From: Candidatus Sumerlaeia bacterium
GTDB lineage: Bacteria > Sumerlaeota > Sumerlaeia > SLMS01 > JANRJK01
NCBI GenBank assembly: GCA_033764015.1
Contig: JANRJK010000046.1
Location: 64,001-128,000, forward strand
DNA: 64,000 nt
Reading direction: 5' to 3'
A model generated the notes under the pieces. That model searched no databases and was not told the DNA's origin. It saw only the letters and a list, made by a program, of their open reading frames with translations. The translations under genes and the position numbers were made by a program. This document shows, piece after piece, positions 10,801-19,080 of the stretch. The stretch's first letter is position 1, and each line of letters opens with the position of its first letter.

Positions 10801-12681
10801 TACCGCGGCATCCACATCGCCGAGGAGCGCGACCGCATCCTCACCTTCGGCTACGCCCGCGCCTTCGGCGATTGCTTCGGCTGGGAGGTGCGCACCCACA
10901 AGACCGGCGAGCACCTCCGCTGGGTGAAGGTCGGCGAGAAGCCCAGCACGCTTCCCTACCTGTGGAACACGAGCCCCGACGACGGCCGCGCGGTGCTCTT
11001 CTGGGAAGCGGGGGGGCCGGGCCTCATCCTCGACACCGAGGACGGCGCGCTCGCGGGAACGATCCCGCCGACCGCCGCCCCCGCCACCGCCATGCATTTC
11101 ACCAAGGCGCACACCGCCATCGTCGGGCACAACGACGGCGTCCTGGTGGAGACGGAGCTGGCCGACGGGCGCGAGCGCCGGCGCCTCGACACCGGCGCGC
11201 CCGTCTGGGCCCTGCGGCTCCACAGCGCGGAGCGGCGCCTGTACGTGAGCGGCGGCGACCGGCGGGTGCGCGCGTACTCCTGGGGCGCGGAGGCACCCGT
11301 CCTCCTCCGCGAGCTGCCCGCCGGGGACCAGCCGGCGGTGCTCCTCGACCTCTCCGAAGACGGCAGCCGCCTGCTCGCGCTCACCGACGCGAACGAAGTC
11401 GTGGTCTGGTCCACCGCGGACGGCGCGGAGCTCCTGCGCTTCCGCATCGACTCCGCCGTGCACCGAATACAGCTCAACCAGGAGGGCACACGCATCTTCG
11501 GCCTGGGCGACGGCACCCTCGGCGTCTGGGACATGCAGGGCCGCGAAGTCGCCCGCGTGAAGGACGCGATCGACGTGAGCCTCAAGTCGCGTCGCCTCAT
11601 CCTGCGCACCTCCGTCGCACGCATGTCCCGCGACGTGGTGATCGAGCTGCCGCCCCACAGGGCGGAGGACTTCCCCGGCGACGCCGGAATGCCGCTCCAG
11701 GACCGGTTCGAACTCTGGCGCCGCGAGCAGCATCGCAACTGGTGGAGGCGAAAGGCGGTGGAAGCGGCCCCCTCCAGCATCCCGGCGGTTCGCGCATCCC
11801 TCCGCGGGACCGTGGCCCAGAACGGCCGCCAGCTCATCGGCGACCTGGACAGCATGGTGCTGGACCTCGTCGGCCGTGTCCGGCACGAGAATCCAGCGCT
11901 AGGCGAGCTGTTCCAGAAGATGGGCGCCCTCTACACCGCCGAGCCGGACCACGACTGGCATCACTTCGCGAACGGCTACTGGGACAACATCCCCGACAGC
12001 GAGTTCGACCCGGAGCCCACGCACAGCCTACTGCGCGCGGCGGCGCCGTACACGGAACTGCGGGCCATGAAACAAGCCGAGACCTTCAGCCGCCAACCCT
12101 TCGAGCACGCCCCCTGGGCGCGCGGAAGCTACGCCACCCAGCTGGAAGTCCTCGGCCACCCGGAGCTGGCGAGGGCGCTCCTCCGCCGATCTTCCGCGCT
12201 GATGTCCACCCAGGGATACTATGAGAACCGGCCCTCGCAGCTCCGGCGCCTGCGCATGGGAGCCGCCGACATCCCGAAACCACCGGAGAAGATCAAGGTC
12301 CGGCCGGGCACCGGCTTCGACTACGTGCGGAACGGATCCCTCGGGGACTACCTCGACCTCGCCCCCGAAGGCCGGTCGCCGGAGGCCCACGAAGCGGCCC
12401 GCAACGCCATCTTCGAACAGATGCAGAAGGACATCCTCGACTGGGTCGACGAGGTCGCGCCGATGCCGGACTTCACTGCGGCGAAGGCCGCAGCGAAGGC
12501 GAAGTTCCCGCCCCCGCCACCCGGCGATCTGCCGCTCACCGAGTTCATGGGCGACGTGCTCGACCGCCTCGAACGCGGACAGCTCGGCGGCATGACCCGC
12601 GACGAGGCCATCGAGGAAGCTAGCCGACGCTTCGACGAATCCGTCGCGAAGGCGGAAGCGGAGCGCGCGGTACAGGAGTGA
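7855..12681 (+). CDS. Membrane Ser/Thr protein kinase with WD40-like beta-propeller region
   Basis: GRGGCGEVW, VAVK, HRDIKPSQ, DWG, GTPAYMAPEQ; TM segment; RDWEWAYL linker and WD-like repeats (DGTVRVRD, DGTLGVWD). GGAGG at 7841 precedes ATG 7855. Confidence 0.9.
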   Translation: MDNIERAPPSLENIPVPGDLPHDSLVSYNPHKSRFTPRGGTGDGPETGIAEHLETEAIPAQSPVPQWPDDDSAETHSPPPDLPVAPEVAEQPGAPPKSARRHRLVRLIGRGGCGEVWEAVQIELDRPVAVKTLRGDRMAECSSPEERAILVRNFREEALVSARLDHPNIVPVYDYGTGQGASPELSMKLVRGRQWDRLLKEERPQLSFDDFLARHLPVLSDVANAVAFAHSRGIVHRDIKPSQVMVGDFGEVLLMDWGLAMVLSDDGGAAAAVDDEQPSWFSLPTRANASSPAGTPAYMAPEQTRGQATGVGVWTDVYLLGGSLYYVLTGVAPHESAQSHQAFMRAAVGDVEDPRTLFPRAGIPDDLAELALASLAADPAARLASAEEFVRRLDDWVSGASRRRESQQITRRLAGEAAAMRGTYSAHEAFLNEAHRAAGLWPANPETPPLRREALAAYAELALGKGDLLLALTQAEQLDDALAQGDLYRRIEAAKQQRLRTRRALRYSVAAVAMLLATVLVGGGLSLRRINRERNEAVTQKNIATGALSAAETARVEAERQRAKAGDEQLYAQIRYATSLVDAGRHELARDVLWSIPEEARDWEWAYLLDRSHQTLAEFPFPVTEVSAGGSYFYSDLGDGTVRVRDTMAGALVADLDCDTTSVMILAAPEDTHIDIVAGTRLLRFAPPEWKRQIVAELPAPPMHSRRTYGDGNIAMLYPDGSAAVHEATTGKLRFATPPVPLEPLAIDGDDHSDRLLVAYKTFFRIHRLSDGSEETSISAWTNAVYSAGLSNEGHSIAIQSGDATQLYDLDRNAHFQTYLLGTRMHTHPRANTLIIGPMLASAHNAEWRGLLPVGRAEATRAKYVHPAFACYWGGANGEAGVIAADLRQVAELRGFPGQVANMWATITDIPERVDRVFSTTTDGSTQVWPGTPLKSIADLPGQWSSFREDGRFAVSIGTFDARITDIESGSAFRRVGRLFSLYRGIHIAEERDRILTFGYARAFGDCFGWEVRTHKTGEHLRWVKVGEKPSTLPYLWNTSPDDGRAVLFWEAGGPGLILDTEDGALAGTIPPTAAPATAMHFTKAHTAIVGHNDGVLVETELADGRERRRLDTGAPVWALRLHSAERRLYVSGGDRRVRAYSWGAEAPVLLRELPAGDQPAVLLDLSEDGSRLLALTDANEVVVWSTADGAELLRFRIDSAVHRIQLNQEGTRIFGLGDGTLGVWDMQGREVARVKDAIDVSLKSRRLILRTSVARMSRDVVIELPPHRAEDFPGDAGMPLQDRFELWRREQHRNWWRRKAVEAAPSSIPAVRASLRGTVAQNGRQLIGDLDSMVLDLVGRVRHENPALGELFQKMGALYTAEPDHDWHHFANGYWDNIPDSEFDPEPTHSLLRAAAPYTELRAMKQAETFSRQPFEHAPWARGSYATQLEVLGHPELARALLRRSSALMSTQGYYENRPSQLRRLRMGAADIPKPPEKIKVRPGTGFDYVRNGSLGDYLDLAPEGRSPEAHEAARNAIFEQMQKDILDWVDEVAPMPDFTAAKAAAKAKFPPPPPGDLPLTEFMGDVLDRLERGQLGGMTRDEAIEEASRRFDESVAKAEAERAVQE

Positions 12682-13676
12682 ACGCCTGGACACGCACCCG
12701 GTACGGCGGCCCCGGGGTGCTTTCCTTCCGCGAGGTGCCCGCGCCCGCGCCCGGCGCAGGCGAAGTCGCCGTCCGGGTCCGCGCGGCGTCGGTCAACGCC
12801 GCCGACCGCTACATCCTCCACGGCCGCCCGCGCGTGGCGCGCGTGGTCTTTGGCATCGGACGCCCGAACACCACGCGCCTCGGCTGCGACTTCGCCGGCG
12901 AGGTCGAGTCCGTCGGCCCCGGCGCCTCGCGCTTCCGCCCCGGCGACCGCGTGTTCGGATCGGTCCGCGACGAGTTCAAGGCCGACATCGACCGCGCGTT
13001 CGGCGAGCGCGTCGTCACGCCGGGAGCGCTCCTCGCGCCAGTCCCCGAAGGCGCCACCTTCGCCGCGGCCGCCGCCTTGCCGACCGCCGGCATGACGGCG
13101 CTGCGCGGCATCGAAGCGGCCGGCGCGCGCATCGGCGCCGGCGCGCGCGTGCTCGTCACCGGAGCCACCGGCGGCGTCGGCGGCTTCGCGGTCCAGCTCG
13201 CCGCCGCCCGCGGCGCCGAAGTGGCCGCCGTCTGCTCCGCCGAAGCCGCGGACCTCGCCCGCGCGAACGGCGCGTCCCGCGTGATCGACCGCGCCCGCGA
13301 GGACTGGCTCGGCGAGGCCGCCGCCTTCGACGCGATCCTCGACGTCGCCGCCGCGCGCCCGCTCCGCGAGAACCTCCGCGCGCTCCGCCCCGGAGGCGTT
13401 TACGTCCATCTCGGCTCGGTGGACCGCGGCGGCTACTTCTCGCCGCTCACCGGCGTCCTGCTGCACTCCGCGCTGCGCCACGCCCTCGGCGACGCACGCG
13501 TCCGCCTGGTCACGCAAACGCCCGAGCAGCGCCTGCTCGCGGAACTCGCCTCGATGCTCGCGGCGGGCACCCTGCGCCCCGCCCTCGACAGCACCTTCGC
13601 CCTCGCCGACCTCCCCCGCGCACTCGACCGCTTCGAGCGCCGAGGCGTGCGCGGAAAGATTTTGGTGGAGGGGTAG
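12678..13676 (+). CDS. MDR-superfamily NAD(P)-dependent oxidoreductase (quinone oxidoreductase/ADH-like)
   Basis: AASVNAAD, GCDFAGEV, FRPGDRVFG, VTGATGGVG, RGKILV; GTGA start/stop overlap with the kinase gene. Confidence 0.9.
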   Translation: MNAWTRTRYGGPGVLSFREVPAPAPGAGEVAVRVRAASVNAADRYILHGRPRVARVVFGIGRPNTTRLGCDFAGEVESVGPGASRFRPGDRVFGSVRDEFKADIDRAFGERVVTPGALLAPVPEGATFAAAAALPTAGMTALRGIEAAGARIGAGARVLVTGATGGVGGFAVQLAAARGAEVAAVCSAEAADLARANGASRVIDRAREDWLGEAAAFDAILDVAAARPLRENLRALRPGGVYVHLGSVDRGGYFSPLTGVLLHSALRHALGDARVRLVTQTPEQRLLAELASMLAAGTLRPALDSTFALADLPRALDRFERRGVRGKILVEG

Positions 13677-13690
13677 GGGCGGGACGAGAG

Positions 13691-14881
13691 TCAATTCGCA
13701 GCTCGCCCCACCTTCCAATGATAGTCGATTCGAAAGACATCAATCGGGGGCGAGTTACCCGATTCGATATCTCGGAGTGTCTGCGCCCAGCGCATGGCAT
13801 GGATCGTTAGCAGGTTGTCGATGTTTTGCTCCCCGTTGATCTTTTCTCCAAGCGCCTCAGACTCCGCCTCAGTGAGCATCCGAGGGCGGTGCTGACCAAA
13901 TCCGATCGGAACCGGCTCTCGCGCTCCCAACGGGATCCTCGCGAAACTACTTTTGCGCTCAATCGGCGATGGATCGCAGATGAGGATTGCGCCCCGCAGG
14001 CAGTTCGCGGAAGTTGAATTCAGAACTTCTGAGACTTTGAAGTCGACATGATACATGCCGAAGTACTCAACCCGGCATACGAGCTCCCCCCCTTCTTCAA
14101 AGAAACGAATCACATGGCTGACCAATCCAAACGGCGCCGGTTCGTCGAGTCGACGGTGTGCAGGTCTCGAGGCAAGCACCTCAAGAGCGTTAGCACCTTT
14201 CAACAGCAGCGGAAAGCGAGCCAAAAGGGCGTCCGTCACGTGCCCCAAGAACGCCAGACTTTCAAGCGCAATCTTCGCTCCGAGAACATCCAGCGGAGCC
14301 TTGAATGTTGACATGTCAAAGCTCTTAGCCATAAGAAAACTAAAACCTGGGACCAGCGTGAGACGATTGTCAGCAAACTGGATTCCAGCGCCGTGAGCGA
14401 CGAGCTGATCCAAATCTCCTCCGGCAATCTCACATATGTCTCCCTCCCCGTCGAACTCGTACCTTGGCTTAGTGGCTTCGTAATTCGTTGACTTCCCGAG
14501 GCTGGGAGACATTCTGCCCTCGATATCAAACTCGGGCCGTCCTAGCGGATCGCCCGAGGGCTTCTGCGGAGCTTGCTTGGATGCGCTCGATTCGGGATCA
14601 CGTCCTCGAACCCTGTGACCCTCCGGTGGCTTCCCGCTGTTCGCGTTTATTCCAAGAAGAAGTCGATGCAGATAAAAGAGTTCGTGATCGACTGCCTTAC
14701 TTTCAATCAACCCTCCTATCTCGGAATTACATACCTTGCAAACTGGAACGACAAACTCTAGCGATCCCCCTAACTTTCTAGGTATGACATGCCCCCTCCA
14801 GCGGCCTTTACGCTTCTGGACTTCATCCGTGCAGTAGAGGCACCTGCTCGTATTGCTGTCTTTGAGGTTCTTCATTTGCAT
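13691..14881 (-). CDS. HNH endonuclease-domain protein (HNH_5-like N-terminus, unknown C-terminus)
   Basis: CLYC...HVIPRKLGG...VCKVCN; AAAGGAG RBS; visibly lower GC than flanks. Confidence 0.7.
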   Translation of the reverse strand: MQMKNLKDSNTSRCLYCTDEVQKRKGRWRGHVIPRKLGGSLEFVVPVCKVCNSEIGGLIESKAVDHELFYLHRLLLGINANSGKPPEGHRVRGRDPESSASKQAPQKPSGDPLGRPEFDIEGRMSPSLGKSTNYEATKPRYEFDGEGDICEIAGGDLDQLVAHGAGIQFADNRLTLVPGFSFLMAKSFDMSTFKAPLDVLGAKIALESLAFLGHVTDALLARFPLLLKGANALEVLASRPAHRRLDEPAPFGLVSHVIRFFEEGGELVCRVEYFGMYHVDFKVSEVLNSTSANCLRGAILICDPSPIERKSSFARIPLGAREPVPIGFGQHRPRMLTEAESEALGEKINGEQNIDNLLTIHAMRWAQTLRDIESGNSPPIDVFRIDYHWKVGRAAN

Positions 14882-15199
14882 ACTCCTTTGGGAGACCTGA
14901 TCGACTACGTTGCGCTGTTGGCTTCGCCCGGATTCATGGACATTCCCTGCCGCGAGCAGGACTAGGCGATGACTTGCTCGGTGTGTCTCCGCCCAGAATC
15001 CCGAGTAGGAAATCTGTCGTCTCGGGTCCCGTCAACGGGAACCCTTTCGATCCGAACGGCGCGTTCGCATTCCCGACGTTCGCGCTAGCCCTTTGGGTGA
15101 ACGGCTCCGGGGCATCGGTTCTCCCCTTATCCCCCCGGCGCGGGCGACAGCATCCACCGCCGCGCCACCCGCGGCAAGGTCGTGGTGGCGGCGTAAGGG

Positions 15200-16732
15200 C
15201 TACACCCCCAACCGGTCCAAGCTCCTGTACTGCACCGCTTCGCTGACGTGGCTGGGCGAGATGGTGTCGCTGGCGGCGAGGTCGGCGATGGTGCGCGCCA
15301 GTTTCCGCAACCGGTCGTAGGCGCGCGCGGAGAGGTTGAGCCGCTGGATCGCCGTCTCGAGCAGCTTCTGCGCGGCGGGTTCGAGGTGGCAGAACTCGTT
15401 CAGCTCCTTGGCCGACATGTGGCCGTTGGCGTGGATGCCGGCGCGTCCGCGGAAGCGTTCGCGCTGGCGTTCGCGGGCGGCGAGCACGCGGGCGCGCACC
15501 GCGCCGCTGCCCTCCGCCGCGCGCCGCTCGCGGAGCTGCTCCAGCGGCACCGCCGGCACCTCGACGTGCATGTCGATGCGGTCCAGCAGCGGGCCGCTGA
15601 TGCGCGAGAGGTACTTCTGCACCGCGACCGGCGAGCACACGCACGCGCGCGACGGATGCCCCGCTAAGCCGCACGGGCACGGGTTCATCGCCGCCACCAG
15701 CACGATCCGCGCGGGAAACGCGACCGACATCGCCGCGCGCGCTACCTGCACAACTCCATCCTCCAGGGGCTGGCGCAGAACTTCCAACGTGGTGCGGCTG
15801 AACTCGGGCAGCTCGTCCAGGAACAGCACGCCGTGGTGCGCGAGCGACACCTCGCCGGGGCGCGGCACGGGGCCGCCGCCGATCAGCGACACGGGGCTGG
15901 CGGTGTGGTGCGGCGCGCGGAAGGGGCGCGCGCGCAGCAGGCCCGACTTGGGCGGCAGCGCGCCCGCGATGCTGTGGATCTTCGACGCCTCGAGCGCCTC
16001 CTCGAACCCGAGCGGCGGCAGGATGCCGGGCAGCCGCCGCGCCAGCATGGTCTTGCCGCTGCCGGGCGGCCCGAGGAAGAGCAGGTTGTGCGAGCCCGCG
16101 GCGGCGATCTCGAGCGCGCGCTTCGCGCCCTCCTGCCCCTTCACGTCCTCGAGGTCGTCGCGGATCTCCTCGTCGCCGAAGACCGCCATCTCCGGTCGCG
16201 CGGGCGCGATCACCGACTGGCCGTTCAGGAAGTCCACCGCCTCGCGCAGCGTCGCCACGGGGATGATCTCGATGCCCTCCACGCAGGCGGCCTCGGCGGC
16301 GTTCTCCGCCGGGAGGAGTATCCGCGGGATGCCCTCGGCGCGGGCGCCCGCGGCGATCGGCAGCGCGCCGTGGAGCCGCTGGATCGTGCCGTCGAGGCCC
16401 AGCTCGCCGGCGGCGGCGAACGGCGCCTGCGACTTCAGCCGTCCCGTGGCCACCAGCGCGCCGAGCGCCATCGGCAGATCGAGGTGGCTGCCTTCCTTGC
16501 GCAGGTCCGCAGGCGCCAGGTTGATCGTCACGCGCTTCTGGAACAGGCCCACGCCGCTGTTCTTCAGCGCGGAGCGCAGCCGCTCGCGCGCCTCCTTGAT
16601 CGCCGCGTCGCCCAAGCCGACAATCGAATACGTCGACGGCGCATCGCCCGGCAATTCAGTGACGTCCACCTCGACCGAAACGGCCACGGCGTCCACACCG
16701 ACAATGGCAAGCGATGGAATGCGGGCGAGCAT
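15200..16732 (-). CDS. comM: YifB/ComM family Mg-chelatase-like AAA+ ATPase
   Basis: TINLAPADLRKEGSHLDL, Walker A GPPGSGKT, PFRAPHH, GEVSLAHHGVLFLDELPEF, AMNPCPCG, SGPLLDRID, ARTIADL. Confidence 0.95.
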   Translation of the reverse strand: MLARIPSLAIVGVDAVAVSVEVDVTELPGDAPSTYSIVGLGDAAIKEARERLRSALKNSGVGLFQKRVTINLAPADLRKEGSHLDLPMALGALVATGRLKSQAPFAAAGELGLDGTIQRLHGALPIAAGARAEGIPRILLPAENAAEAACVEGIEIIPVATLREAVDFLNGQSVIAPARPEMAVFGDEEIRDDLEDVKGQEGAKRALEIAAAGSHNLLFLGPPGSGKTMLARRLPGILPPLGFEEALEASKIHSIAGALPPKSGLLRARPFRAPHHTASPVSLIGGGPVPRPGEVSLAHHGVLFLDELPEFSRTTLEVLRQPLEDGVVQVARAAMSVAFPARIVLVAAMNPCPCGLAGHPSRACVCSPVAVQKYLSRISGPLLDRIDMHVEVPAVPLEQLRERRAAEGSGAVRARVLAARERQRERFRGRAGIHANGHMSAKELNEFCHLEPAAQKLLETAIQRLNLSARAYDRLRKLARTIADLAASDTISPSHVSEAVQYRSLDRLGV

Positions 16733-16735
16733 GGG

Positions 16736-17542
16736 TTAGGAGTCGGACTCGCGCTGCTGGTACCCACGGAGATCCGCCGAGGTGATCTCCGCTGCCCGCA
16801 CCAGCTTGTAGTGTCGTTGTTCGGCCACCGCGATGCGGTCCTCCTCGACGACGAGTTCAAACATCGCGAGGACGTCGTTCGGCATCGCCTTCACCGAAAC
16901 GAGCCTTGGAGTTAAGTCGGGAAAACGGGAGCGGCAGAACTCCCGATCTTGGAGGGTTTGGACAACGGAAACCTTGTCTCTTCCGGTCTTTGCCTGGACC
17001 GGCACGATGTACTGCGAACCGCCTCTGCTTGCACCAACATAGACCTCGTCGATCTCGATCTGGCCGAGGTCATCCACTTGCGTTCTCAAGTGATTTTGTA
17101 GCGAGTAGGCCACAATCTTCAAGAATAGATCAAGAAGTCGATTGTAGCGAATCTTGGCTAGGATGGCCTGCTCATCGGACTGCGCGTTTCCGAGGATGAT
17201 TTCCGGTGTGGCATCGGGTATCTTTATCACTTGCATGCTTGGGTCGGGATCGATGTTTGGACGCCTGAAAAGCTGAAACTCGTAGCGAGAGGGCCCCGCT
17301 AAGCGAATGATCCACTCCATATCGTCTGGTTGTGTTTCCAAAACGCTGTTGGGAAGGCTTGCTCGGAATCGAAAGGAATATACTAGATCGCCGAGATTCT
17401 TGATGCCGTCCTTCGCTGCAAGCTCTTCTATCTCGCTGCGCTCAAAGCAAAACGACTTGCGCGGCCGCTTCGGGTTGAAGTGGCGAAAGAAAAGCTCCTC
17501 AATGATCCTCGAGTACTTCCCCGGTTTCTTGGCCTCAGGCAC
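16736..17542 (-). CDS. Putative type II restriction endonuclease (PD-(D/E)xK-like)
   Basis: QIEIDE...PVQAK catalytic-type motif; GTG 17542 with GGAGG RBS overlaps the MTase stop; lower GC. Confidence 0.75.
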   Translation of the reverse strand: MPEAKKPGKYSRIIEELFFRHFNPKRPRKSFCFERSEIEELAAKDGIKNLGDLVYSFRFRASLPNSVLETQPDDMEWIIRLAGPSRYEFQLFRRPNIDPDPSMQVIKIPDATPEIILGNAQSDEQAILAKIRYNRLLDLFLKIVAYSLQNHLRTQVDDLGQIEIDEVYVGASRGGSQYIVPVQAKTGRDKVSVVQTLQDREFCRSRFPDLTPRLVSVKAMPNDVLAMFELVVEEDRIAVAEQRHYKLVRAAEITSADLRGYQQRESDS

Positions 17543-18860
17543 TGACTCGCCTCCTGCGGGGTTCGATGACATGCTTGTCAACACCATGGAGGGCGGCCGC
17601 ATCACCCATCGCCAAGCGCAGGAGGCACTCGTCGCCCAAGATGATGCGCGCGTCGGTCTTCGTGGGCTTCCATCCCGATGCGATCATCACCCTCGCAGCC
17701 ACCGATCTGGCAAGCAGTGGAGGCACGGAATTACCCACCTGTCGGAAACCATGCCACTTGGTGGCGTGAAAGCGGAACCAATCCGGGTATGAATGGAGGC
17801 GTGCGGCCTCGCGAACAGTGATGCATCGCGGGGCCTCCGGGTGGATCGGTCTCGGGGACGTGAACGCTCCTCGATTGCTTGGCGTCCCAGCGCGCAGCGT
17901 GTTGCACAATCCCAATCGAGGCAAGCGGTAGAAGCGGGATACCGGTTCCGTGTCGCCACCGCGAGTGGCCGAGAATCTATTGATCGACAACTGGGTGTGG
18001 ACGGTCCTCATGCTGGAGGTCAGCAACGAAGGGTCGAAGGCGCGGATGATCGAGAAGTCCGTCGGATCGTTCCATGGATATCGAAGGGTGGCCGCATAGG
18101 GAGACGGTGTGCCCAAGCCCGCCACAACGCAATCCGACTCAAGCAATTCCTCGAACTGCTCAGGATCCGGCAAGTCACCGATCGCATCCCAAACCGTCGG
18201 GGTGGTGGGCAGGGCGAACAGATCGCCCCCTCCCGCCCCTGTTCTTCGTGACGGTGGCTGATGCGTTGGTTCTGGGTACTCCGGCGGCTCCAATCCTTTG
18301 CGGGTGCCAAGAAGAAAAAGGCGTCTCCGATCCTGAGGGACGCCGAAGTGGGCGGCGCACAATACTCGATACGGGGTGCGGACTGAATAGCCTATCTGCT
18401 CCAATGCCGAGATCACATCATCAAGGAAGGCACGGTGTTTCCCGACCGCCAACCCCGCGACGTTTTCCAGAACGAAGTAGCGGGGCTCGAGCTCCTGCAC
18501 CAACCTCACGAATTCGAGCATCAAGGAGTTGCGCGGATCGTCCATCATCCGCTTGCCGATCATGGAGAACCCTTGGCAAGGCGGCCCCCCGAACACGACG
18601 GCGACATCCCCGGGAACCGCCGCCCGTTGCCTGATCTCGGCCCCGGTCAAGTCTTGAGCGCGTGCGCAGATGGTCGCCCCCTGCGGGAAGTTGAACGCGT
18701 GGGTGGCGCAGTGGATCGGATCGATTTCGACCGCCGCGCGGACATCGAAACCGGCTTGCTCGAACCCGAGCGACATGCCGCCAGCCCCCGAGAATAGATC
18801 CACGGCGACCGGCCTCGCAGGCGTCGACTCAGGTATCGTCCCGTTCTTCGCGGCGCCCAT
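17535..18860 (-). CDS. dcm: DNA (cytosine-5)-methyltransferase
   Basis: Motif I DLFSGAGG, motif IV GGPPCQGFS, motif VI ENV, motif VIII PQDRRR, motif IX TVREAARLHSYPD, motif X QVGNSVPP. Confidence 0.97.
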   Translation of the reverse strand: MGAAKNGTIPESTPARPVAVDLFSGAGGMSLGFEQAGFDVRAAVEIDPIHCATHAFNFPQGATICARAQDLTGAEIRQRAAVPGDVAVVFGGPPCQGFSMIGKRMMDDPRNSLMLEFVRLVQELEPRYFVLENVAGLAVGKHRAFLDDVISALEQIGYSVRTPYRVLCAAHFGVPQDRRRLFLLGTRKGLEPPEYPEPTHQPPSRRTGAGGGDLFALPTTPTVWDAIGDLPDPEQFEELLESDCVVAGLGTPSPYAATLRYPWNDPTDFSIIRAFDPSLLTSSMRTVHTQLSINRFSATRGGDTEPVSRFYRLPRLGLCNTLRAGTPSNRGAFTSPRPIHPEAPRCITVREAARLHSYPDWFRFHATKWHGFRQVGNSVPPLLARSVAARVMIASGWKPTKTDARIILGDECLLRLAMGDAAALHGVDKHVIEPRRRRVSA

Positions 18861-19028
18861 CCGTCGTCAGCTCCTCATCCAGCGTTAGCCAAGCATCGCC
18901 GCAGCCCTTCGCGCAAGCCCCGCAGACGCCGATTCTCTCGCCGCCTCGCGAAGCGCGGGAGCCCGCCCGCGCCGTTGGGAGGGTCCAGGTGCGTCAACCT
19001 CAGCGCCGCCCACAAATCCCCTTGCGCG

Positions 19029-19064
19029 GCGGGATAGTTTGTGAGTATTCACAAACTATCCCGC
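19029..19064. repeat. 36-bp near-perfect palindrome
   Basis: GCGGGATAGTTTGTGA-GTAT-TCACAAACTATCCCGC; the 16-bp arms are exactly complementary. Confidence 0.95.
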
Positions 19065-19080
19065 GCGAGGAGCGCCCGCC

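Noticed and set aside
14882..15199. Small ORFs between the HNH gene and comM
   Set aside because: No motif, RBS or consistent codon bias; treated as intergenic or possible decayed sequence.
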